The notes beneath the pieces were generated by a model. It searched no databases. It was not told where the DNA came from and was given only the letters and a program-made list of their open reading frames with translations. Shown piece after piece: positions 56,963 through 64,000 of a DNA stretch of 64,000 bases. The stretch comes from Minisyncoccia bacterium. Lineage in GTDB: Bacteria; Patescibacteriota; Minisyncoccia; Phycocordibacterales; UBA9973. Each line of letters starts with the position of its first letter. Within the stretch, counting starts at the first letter, position 1. Both the position numbers and the translations under genes were made by a program. The stretch covers positions 1,156 to 65,155 of the forward strand of contig CBFIGQ010000045.1 in assembly GCA_965662335.1 (NCBI GenBank). The letters are read 5' to 3'.

Positions 56963-57364
56963 ATGAGCTCTACTATGGCAGTCGCAAAAACAACTAAAAC
57001 TAAGGCACCGGCTAAAAAAGCAGTCGCAAAAAAGGCTCCAAAAACTGACGGCTTTGCAGTTATTGCGACCGGCGGCAAGCAATATATTGCCCAGGTTGGA
57101 GATACTCTCACTATCGAAAAGCTCGCAGGGGATTTCAAAAAAGGTGACAGCGTTACGTTTGACCAAGTGCTTCTCTCAGACTCAGGCTCAGACACTATTA
57201 TCGGCGCTCCTACAGTGTCGGGTGCAAGTGTTACTGCTGAAATCACGACTATCGGCCGCGCACAAAAGGTGACAGTGCTGAAGTACAAACAAAAGTCACG
57301 CTACCAAAAGAAAAATGGCCACCGCCAGCCATTCTTTAAGGTAAAGATTACTGCTATCAAATAA
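56963..57364 (+). CDS. rplU: 50S ribosomal protein L21 with Lys/Ala-rich N-terminal extension
   Basis: FAVIATGGKQYIAQVGD core. About 30-aa K/A-rich extension. Confidence 0.8.
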   Translation: MSSTMAVAKTTKTKAPAKKAVAKKAPKTDGFAVIATGGKQYIAQVGDTLTIEKLAGDFKKGDSVTFDQVLLSDSGSDTIIGAPTVSGASVTAEITTIGRAQKVTVLKYKQKSRYQKKNGHRQPFFKVKITAIK

Positions 57365-57372
57365 AAAAAGAT

Positions 57373-57396
57373 CCCGGTAATTCCGGGGCTTTTTTA
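57373..57396. terminator. bidirectional terminator (cccgg-taatt-ccggg flanked by A/T runs) between rplU and recR
   Basis: Read directly. Confidence 0.65.
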
Positions 57397-57987
57397 TTCT
57401 CTCTTCTTAAGCGATGCATTAAGGCTCGCCGCATCTGCATACTCGAGCTCGGTACCGCTTGAGAGGCCGCGGCCAAGACTTGAGAGCTCTATAGGGTATT
57501 GTGCGAGCATTTCGCGCACGATGGTATCAGTATGATCGCCGTTTGGGGTAAGGGGGAAGGCAAGGATGACCTCATAGTCCGCCATGGACTCAAAGGCAAC
57601 ACGTTCTTTGAGCTTATCAATATTGGTACCGGCCAGTACATTTTTCTGGACTATTGGGATAAGGCCGCCGAGTACAAAAAAGAGTCCGTTGTAGTCAGTC
57701 TTCTTGAAGCTATCAATATCCTGGCTTTTTTCTACGACCAGCAGCTTGCTTTGGTCACGGCTAGGATTTGCGCAGATATCGCATCTGTCTCCAGACCCTT
57801 CAAATATACGCAAACAGCGAGTACAGGTATGCGCCTGCTGCCTTGTATCAAGGAGAGTACGGGCAAGGCTTGCAACGTAGTGTTCCGGCTGTGTCAGTAT
57901 GAAATAGGCAAAGCGAGCTGCCTGGCGCTGTCCGATGCCCGGGAATTTAAGAAAGAGCTGCGTAAGGCGCTCGAGTTGCTGATCCAT
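57394..57987 (-). CDS. recR: recombination protein RecR
   Basis: HhH ...FPGIGQRQAARFAYF... C4 zinc finger CTRC...CDIC, and a Toprim domain. Confidence 0.9.
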   Translation of the reverse strand: MDQQLERLTQLFLKFPGIGQRQAARFAYFILTQPEHYVASLARTLLDTRQQAHTCTRCLRIFEGSGDRCDICANPSRDQSKLLVVEKSQDIDSFKKTDYNGLFFVLGGLIPIVQKNVLAGTNIDKLKERVAFESMADYEVILAFPLTPNGDHTDTIVREMLAQYPIELSSLGRGLSSGTELEYADAASLNASLKKRE

Positions 57988-57990
57988 AGA

Positions 57991-59373
57991 TTAAAAGTCA
58001 TCAAACGATGTCGCCTTTTTAACACCGTAGTCAACATGCTCCTTGTCGAGTGGGAGGAAGCTGGTCGTCTTGCCATCAAAGAGGAGTTGTACTGAGCCAA
58101 CCGCACCGTTACGATGCTTCTCGACTAGGATATCAGCAATGCCGTCCTTTTCATCCTTGTAACGGTCGTCTCGGTGAATGAACATCACGAGATCTGCGTC
58201 TTGCTCAATGGATCCAGAGTCACGGAGGTCAGAGAGACGTGGTTTGCCACCGCGCTGCTCCACGTTACGAGAAAGCTGTGAGAGCGCGAGTACGGGCACG
58301 TCGAGCTCACGGGCGAGCTGCTTAAGAGATCGGGAGATTTCAGTCACTTGGTTGACCATGGAGTCATAATTTTTGCTCGTCGTCATGAGCTGGAGGTAGT
58401 CCACCACAATGAGCCCAAGTCCGTGCTCACTTTTGAGCCGGCGGGCGACAGAGCGCATTTTGACTATGGAGTTTCCAGCTTGGTCATCGATATATATTGG
58501 GGCCTTTTGGAGACGCGATGCGGCTTCTTGGAGCGTTGTGAAATGTTGGTTGGTGATGCCGTGACCGGTACGGATGGCCCATGCGTCAACGCGGGACTCG
58601 GCAGAGAGCATACGCTGGACGAGCTGTTGTGCGCTCATTTCAAGCGAAAATATTCCCACTGGAATACCAGAAAGGGCAACGTTGCGCGCAATATCGAGCG
58701 CAAATGTGGTCTTACCCATACTAGGCCTGGCTGCGAGGATGATGAGATCGGACTTTTGGAGTCCCGCGAGAAGATTGTCCAGATCGCCAAAGCCAGTAGG
58801 GACACCACGGAGCTCGTCTTTGTTTTCTCGGAGGTATTCTATCTGCTCGACTGTTTCAAGGAGCGACTGCTTGATAGAGACAAAGGCGTTTTTGGTCTGC
58901 ATACTTGATGACACCTTGAAAATCGACTTTTCAGCCGCATCGAGAATGTCTGCTGTTTCCATATCATTTTCTTCATACGAAAGGGTAGCAATAGATTCTG
59001 ATGCATCGATGAGTGATCGCAAGATATACTTTTTGTAGACAATATCTGCATAATGACGAACATTGACTGTAGAGGGAACATTTGACATGAGCTCATTGAG
59101 ATACACATTGCCGCCGATATCCTGAAGCTGCTTCTTTTCCTTGAGACAGTTGGCAATAGAGAGTACATCTATTGGCTCATTTTTCAGTGAAAGCTCAAGA
59201 ATATTACGAAAGATAATTGCATGCTTTTTGGCATAAAACATGTCAGGCGTGAGGAGGTCAACTATCTCGTGTATTGCGGCTGGTCTGAGCATGAGCGCGC
59301 CAAGTACTGCCTGCTCGCTCTCGATGGAGTGTGGCGGAACGCGAAGATTGGTGAGACTCTGAGTCTTTTGCAT
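57991..59373 (-). CDS. dnaB: replicative DNA helicase DnaB
   Basis: N-terminal ...SIESEQAVLGALML... Walker A GARPSMGKT. Confidence 0.9.
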   Translation of the reverse strand: MQKTQSLTNLRVPPHSIESEQAVLGALMLRPAAIHEIVDLLTPDMFYAKKHAIIFRNILELSLKNEPIDVLSIANCLKEKKQLQDIGGNVYLNELMSNVPSTVNVRHYADIVYKKYILRSLIDASESIATLSYEENDMETADILDAAEKSIFKVSSSMQTKNAFVSIKQSLLETVEQIEYLRENKDELRGVPTGFGDLDNLLAGLQKSDLIILAARPSMGKTTFALDIARNVALSGIPVGIFSLEMSAQQLVQRMLSAESRVDAWAIRTGHGITNQHFTTLQEAASRLQKAPIYIDDQAGNSIVKMRSVARRLKSEHGLGLIVVDYLQLMTTSKNYDSMVNQVTEISRSLKQLARELDVPVLALSQLSRNVEQRGGKPRLSDLRDSGSIEQDADLVMFIHRDDRYKDEKDGIADILVEKHRNGAVGSVQLLFDGKTTSFLPLDKEHVDYGVKKATSFDDF

Positions 59374-59434
59374 AGAGAGATTGTACCACTTTGCCTAGCT
59401 TTAAAAAATCCACTATTTTTGGTACTATATACAC

Positions 59435-60403
59435 ATGAAATCCACACCTAAGAGGCTTATCTCAGGCGTAAAGCCAACAGGTCGACCACATATTGGCAAC
59501 TATTTTGGAGCGATGAAGCAGTTTGTGGAGCTGCAGAATCAATACGAAACAATTATATTTATTGCTGACTTGCACGCGCTCAACTTTATTCAAAACAAAG
59601 ATGAGATGCAAAAATTATCACACGATCTCATACTTGATTATCTGGGTATTGGACTAGATCCAGAAAAGGTCTTGTTATTTAAGCAGTCATCGGTGCCCGC
59701 ACATACGCAGCTGACCTGGATATTTGATACACTCGTGACCGTGCCATTTATGATGCGCGCGCATGCATACAAGGATGCATTGGCCAAAGATATTGAGCCT
59801 GGGATGGGGCTTTTTAACTATCCAGTGCTTATGTCAGCAGATATTCTCGTATATGATGCCGATGTAGTACCGGTTGGCAAAGATCAAAAGCAACATATTG
59901 AGTATGCTCGAGATATAGCGGGTAAGTTTAATCACCAGTATGGAGAACATTTCAAACTTCCGAACGAACTTATTCTCGAAGACGTAGCAATTGTGCCAGG
60001 CACAGACGGTCAAAAGATGAGCAAGAGCTATGGTAACACCATCCCGCTTTTTGGAACTGACGAAGAAATCACCAAAGCGGTGATGAGTATTGCGACTGAC
60101 TCTCGTGGCAAGGATGAAGAGAAAAATCCCGATGATCTGATCCTGTATCAGATTCACAAACTCTTTAACCCATCAGAGGAACTCAAATCCCAATACGCTC
60201 AAGGTCTCGGCTATGGGGATGCAAAGAAAATACTGATCCAGGACATCATCACCTTCGTCACTCCTATGCGCGAGCGACGCAAGAAATACGAAGACAATCC
60301 AAAACTCGTCCAAGAGATCCTCGTCCGCGGCGCCATGAAGGCAAATGACATCGCGATGAAAAAGATATTTGAAGTGTATGAGGCGGTAGGTTTGACGGAG
60401 TAG
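59435..60403 (+). CDS. trpS: tryptophan--tRNA ligase
   Basis: ...GRPHIGNYFGA... HIGH-like motif and KMSKS. Confidence 0.9.
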   Translation: MKSTPKRLISGVKPTGRPHIGNYFGAMKQFVELQNQYETIIFIADLHALNFIQNKDEMQKLSHDLILDYLGIGLDPEKVLLFKQSSVPAHTQLTWIFDTLVTVPFMMRAHAYKDALAKDIEPGMGLFNYPVLMSADILVYDADVVPVGKDQKQHIEYARDIAGKFNHQYGEHFKLPNELILEDVAIVPGTDGQKMSKSYGNTIPLFGTDEEITKAVMSIATDSRGKDEEKNPDDLILYQIHKLFNPSEELKSQYAQGLGYGDAKKILIQDIITFVTPMRERRKKYEDNPKLVQEILVRGAMKANDIAMKKIFEVYEAVGLTE

Positions 60404-60405
60404 GT

Positions 60406-60714
60406 ATGGAAACAGTTGAAAAAGAATCGTATAGAGAGTTATTCCGCGTCATTAGACGATCTATTTCATTTGCATGGAAATATGAAAAAGGTCTTTTCCT
60501 CTTTCAAATTGTTCTCGCTATTCTTAGTGCTGTAGTCGTATATTTTCAGTTGATATCGTTTTCAACAATAATCAATGAAATCATACGTATTAAATCCGTA
60601 GGGATTGGTATTACCCACCAACTCGTCAAAAGTTCAATTTTTTTAGGAATCACTTTGTTTGTCCCATCGCTTTTATGGAAAAGATCTATTGGCCCAAGAC
60701 CATGTGTCTTGTAG
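60406..60714 (+). pseudogene. truncated N-terminal fragment of an ABC exporter transmembrane domain
   Basis: ...SFAWKYEKGLFLFQIVLAILSAVVVYFQL... is the characteristic first TM region of ABC exporters. ORF stops after ~100 aa with no ATPase domain downstream. Confidence 0.4.
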
Positions 60715-60910
60715 AGATTCTTGCTTTTGCAGGAAGAGAAGTAGAAGAGAGAGAAAAAGTAAAGGCGCGGCGTGAACATAAGCGCCGAAATCGTAAACCA
60801 TTAAAAATGTAACCTAACAAAAACCAGCCTCTAACGAGGCTGTTGACTTTTGATATAAAATAAGCATAATGTTTATAAACTAATTTATATAATCTTTAAA
60901 ACAATACATA

Positions 60911-62176
60911 ATGCGAAAGAAATACAGTCTCAAAGACTTTGCAGCTTCTCGAAAAGAAACAGTACTTGAAAATGGGCTTAAGGTTGTTCTCTATCAAAAG
61001 CGACATGCGCCGATTCGGGCACATCTTATGATCCGCGCAGGTTCAATTTATGATGTGCCAGGAAAGGAAGGATTGGCACATCTAGCAGAGCACTTACTTG
61101 CTGCAGGATCGAGGAAGGTACACAAAGAAGAATTTTGGGGTATTATGGAATCCGTAGGAGGATTTCGAAATGCATCTACATCATGCACATGGATGGCCGT
61201 AAAGTCTGAAATCGCTATCAAATCACATTTGCCTAAAATGTATAAGCATTTCTACCACGCAATCTCCGAAATGTATGTAACGGAGCAACTATTGAGCAAG
61301 GAAAAGCAAATCATTTATTCCGAAATTAAAAAGGCAAACTCAAAACCTGAAAGACACGAACACAATTTCGTGAACAATGTATTAGCAAATGGCACGAATT
61401 GGAACAAAGATAGCTTGGGAACAATGGAATCTCTAAATACTATATCAGTACATGATGTGGAAGATTTTTATACTAAACACATCATTGCTGAAAATATGGT
61501 TATGGTGATTGCCGGCGACTGTGAGTTGTCTGACATACAAAAGTACTTTTCAAAACTTCCCATAAGACGCGGTGTAGAAATAGTGCTACCTACGGATCCT
61601 AGACCGATTTCTAAAGGTAGTTACTACAACCATATACTTCCAATTGAGGAAACGAGGGTACGTGTATTATTTGAAGCGCCACGCGAAAATACTCCTGAAT
61701 ACGAAATGGTACGGTTTGCACTAGCACATAGCCACGACGGATTGACTTCACGTTTCTATCGCAGTCTTCGCACTGACAAAAATCTCGCGTACGGCCTGAA
61801 TAGAATTGAATACGGTTATAATAGAAATGGATACTTTGGTACGTATGTTGGGATACCTCCAGAAAAAACTGAGGCTGCAATTAGCGCGATTATTCAAAGC
61901 TATGAAGATTTGCTTCGTAAAGGATTTACTCGCATTGAAGTCGCTCGCAAAAATGAAACATGGTTTTACTCATTGATGCGTACTATGCAACGCAGTGAAG
62001 ACTGGGTTCAAAGATTTCAGCTTGAAGAATTGTATCCTCACATGAAATCATTTTATGGACCCTTTCCTGAAATATTCAATATTCGCCCGAAGTTTGATAT
62101 TGATGAATTAAATGAAGCGATAAGGCACTGGCTCAATCCTACCAAAGCCTCAAAGATCAAAGTTGGAAATTTCTGA
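60911..62176 (+). CDS. M16-family (pitrilysin-like) zinc peptidase
   Basis: Inverted zinc motif HLAEHLL (HxxEH). Confidence 0.75.
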   Translation: MRKKYSLKDFAASRKETVLENGLKVVLYQKRHAPIRAHLMIRAGSIYDVPGKEGLAHLAEHLLAAGSRKVHKEEFWGIMESVGGFRNASTSCTWMAVKSEIAIKSHLPKMYKHFYHAISEMYVTEQLLSKEKQIIYSEIKKANSKPERHEHNFVNNVLANGTNWNKDSLGTMESLNTISVHDVEDFYTKHIIAENMVMVIAGDCELSDIQKYFSKLPIRRGVEIVLPTDPRPISKGSYYNHILPIEETRVRVLFEAPRENTPEYEMVRFALAHSHDGLTSRFYRSLRTDKNLAYGLNRIEYGYNRNGYFGTYVGIPPEKTEAAISAIIQSYEDLLRKGFTRIEVARKNETWFYSLMRTMQRSEDWVQRFQLEELYPHMKSFYGPFPEIFNIRPKFDIDELNEAIRHWLNPTKASKIKVGNF

Positions 62177-62180
62177 CTTA

Positions 62181-62207
62181 AAGCCCGGAATCCCCGGGCT
62201 TTTTTTA
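62181..62207 (+). terminator. rho-independent terminator (aagcccgg-aatcc-ccgggctt + T7)
   Basis: Read directly. Lies inside the rejected N-terminal extension of aspS. Confidence 0.65.
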
Positions 62208-62237
62208 TTGCGTTTTCTATGGCATAATGTGGGAACT

Positions 62238-63674
62238 ATGACAGAGGAACATACTCGCGTACTTATTGGAGACCTTGGGGTAAAGGCAGGGGAAACAGTA
62301 CTGATCAAAGGCTGGATTGATGTCCGTCGTGATCAGGGCAAGATGGTGTTTTTTGATTTCCGTGATATGAGCGGATACATCCAAGGTGTTGTGCTTCCAA
62401 ACCGTCCGGAGGTGATAGAAATAGCCAAGACCTGCCGGCCAGAAACAGTGGTGAAGGTAGAAGGAATAGTAAACAAAAGACCCGAACGCAATGTCCAGAA
62501 TGACAAGCAGAATGGTGATATTGAGCTGGAGGTGACTGGTATCGAGATCCTCAATCATGCAGAGCCACTCCCATTTGAAATCAACGTCGATACAAAAGAG
62601 GTGAGTGAAGAGGTACGTCTCAAGTACCGCTACCTCGACATGCGCAGCAGCCGTATGCAGCGCAACATGCGCATGCGTGATGCAGTGGTGCAGTATGTGC
62701 GCAACGTACTCCATGGCGAGAAATTCATCGAAGTAGAAACGCCGATCCTCACCAAGAGTACCCCAGAAGGTGCTCGCGACTATATTGTCCCTGCACGATT
62801 GTATCCTGGGACTTTTTATGCGCTGCCGCAGTCTCCGCAGCAGTACAAGCAGCTCCTTATGGCAGGTGGTGTTGAGCGATACTTCCAGTTTGCAAAGTGT
62901 ATGCGTGACGAAGACGGGCGCGGTGATCGCCAACCAGAATTTACCCAGCTCGACATGGAACTCTCGTTCGTGGAGCGTGAAGACGTGATGCAGCTCAACG
63001 AGCAGCTTCTCATCGAAGTTGTACAAAATTTTTTCCCAGAAAAGAAGATCCAGCAGATCCCATTCCCGCGCATTTCATACGCAGAAGCAATGTCCAAGTA
63101 CGGCAACGACCGGCCAGACATACGTGAGAACAAAGACGACCCCAACACCCTCGCATTTTGCTGGGTCGTAGACTTCCCATTCTTTGAGTCTACGGAGAAG
63201 TCCGACAATCCTGACGCAACGGGCGCATGGACTTACACGCACAACCCATTCTCTCGTCCCATCCCGGAGCACATGGAAAACTTGATGAATAAAAAAGATA
63301 TTGGCTCAATTCTCACAACGCAGTACGACATAGTCCTCAACGGCTACGAGATCGGTGGAGGATCAATCCGTAACCATACCTATGATGCACTCATGAAAGT
63401 ATTTGAAATTCTTGGGCATGGAGCAGACGCTATTGAAAAGGACTTTGGCCACATGATCCACGCCTTCAAGACTGGTACGCCTCCACATGGCGGTATTGCA
63501 TGGGGATTTGATCGTCTCATGATGCTGCTCCTCGACGAGCCCAATATTCGCGAAGTAATGGCATTTCCAAAGACTGGAGAAGGCAAAGACCCAATGATGC
63601 AGGCACCGTCTGAAGTATCAAGCAAGCAATTGGATGAGCTCAATATAGTGCTCAAGAAAATAGAGAAGAAATAA
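62238..63674 (+). CDS. aspS: aspartate--tRNA ligase (short, no GAD insertion)
   Basis: OB-fold N-terminus and class II motifs (...FRDMSGYIQ..., QSPQQYKQLL, GGGSIR). Start at MTEEHTR. Confidence 0.9.
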   Translation: MTEEHTRVLIGDLGVKAGETVLIKGWIDVRRDQGKMVFFDFRDMSGYIQGVVLPNRPEVIEIAKTCRPETVVKVEGIVNKRPERNVQNDKQNGDIELEVTGIEILNHAEPLPFEINVDTKEVSEEVRLKYRYLDMRSSRMQRNMRMRDAVVQYVRNVLHGEKFIEVETPILTKSTPEGARDYIVPARLYPGTFYALPQSPQQYKQLLMAGGVERYFQFAKCMRDEDGRGDRQPEFTQLDMELSFVEREDVMQLNEQLLIEVVQNFFPEKKIQQIPFPRISYAEAMSKYGNDRPDIRENKDDPNTLAFCWVVDFPFFESTEKSDNPDATGAWTYTHNPFSRPIPEHMENLMNKKDIGSILTTQYDIVLNGYEIGGGSIRNHTYDALMKVFEILGHGADAIEKDFGHMIHAFKTGTPPHGGIAWGFDRLMMLLLDEPNIREVMAFPKTGEGKDPMMQAPSEVSSKQLDELNIVLKKIEKK

Positions 63675-63678
63675 AAAA

Positions 63679-63706
63679 TCCTCCGTAAGAACGGGGGATT
63701 TTATAT
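63679..63706 (+). terminator. rho-independent terminator (atcctccg-taagaa-cgggggat + T-rich)
   Basis: Read directly. Confidence 0.5.
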
Positions 63707-63711
63707 TTTGT

Positions 63712-63933
63712 TCAAAATATTTTTACTTCAGCCATATAACTTTTATCCAAAGCAACAGTAGTAGGATCAATATTCTTTTCTTTTAGAAACTCAATGAGAT
63801 CCTTCAGGTTTAATTTACTCCTATCGCCGTTGTATACATGATTAGTTACAAGGAGCGCTTTTCCTTTGTCTCTACCTTTCTTTGGTGCTGAATATAAAAA
63901 GAACTTATCAGTTTTATTTCTCGTATTTGGCAT
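63712..63933 (-). CDS. hypothetical small protein
   Basis: ORF track only. Confidence 0.3.
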   Translation of the reverse strand: MPNTRNKTDKFFLYSAPKKGRDKGKALLVTNHVYNGDRSKLNLKDLIEFLKEKNIDPTTVALDKSYMAEVKIF

Positions 63934-64000
63934 ATTGGGTAGTTTTTGATTTTTCTTATTATATCATATATAAAAATATAGTCAATATGTAATAAAAAAG

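Noticed and set aside
62163-62237. N-terminal extension of aspS
   Set aside because: It overlaps the M16 peptidase stop and the terminator 62181-62207. The conserved AspRS start is MTEEHTR at 62238.
1-64000. rRNA genes, CRISPR arrays, prophage structural genes
   Set aside because: No long non-coding conserved stretch compatible with 16S/23S/5S. No regularly spaced repeat arrays. No capsid, terminase or tail genes recognised.

Overview
This 64-kb window reads as a small-genome, CPR/Patescibacteria-like bacterial chromosome segment that is almost entirely housekeeping genes, interrupted by two accessory regions. The housekeeping content includes tsaD, zwf, trxB, the ftsZ-ftsA division pair, ybeY, rpsU, priA, mreB, a clamp-loader subunit, frr, rseP, mltG, mnmA and pepF. 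It continues with alaS, the infA-rpmJ-rpsM-rpsK-rpsD-rpoA-rplQ-rplM-rpsI block, grpE/dnaK/dnaJ, lysS, cysS, corA, rplU, recR, dnaB, trpS and aspS. Four tRNAs were hand-folded and no rRNA or CRISPR array was found. Accessory region 1 (about 4.2-11.5 kb) lies between tRNA-Glu and tRNA-Ser. It carries a large serine recombinase bracketed by about 130-bp inverted repeats, directly abutting a second pair of near-identical about 180-bp inverted repeats. That second pair encloses an extremely AT-rich restriction-modification cargo: an XRE/C-protein, a putative PD-(D/E)xK endonuclease, and two beta-class amino-methyltransferases. One of these methyltransferases is fused in a single ORF to a complete LexA repressor (winged-helix domain plus S24 autopeptidase with Ala-Gly, Ser and Lys), with a perfect 8-1-8 palindrome over its own start codon. 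The cargo also holds a GC-rich 440-bp non-coding block in which a 254-bp segment is bounded by perfect 21-bp inverted repeats, which may be an invertible switch or a structured RNA. Accessory region 2 (about 44.5-53.5 kb) starts at the 3' end of lysS. A roughly 5-kb insertion there is delimited by a diverged duplicate of the last ~120 bp of lysS. It carries a DUF4143 ATPase, a gene remnant, a nucleotidyltransferase/alpha-beta-hydrolase fusion and a zinc-ribbon SAM methyltransferase. This is followed by an AdoMetDC (speH), an EamA transporter, a standalone DUF2156 (MprF C-terminal-like) protein and a split sensor kinase. All coordinates and identities come from by-eye reading of the supplied ORF track and sequence; no database searches were run.
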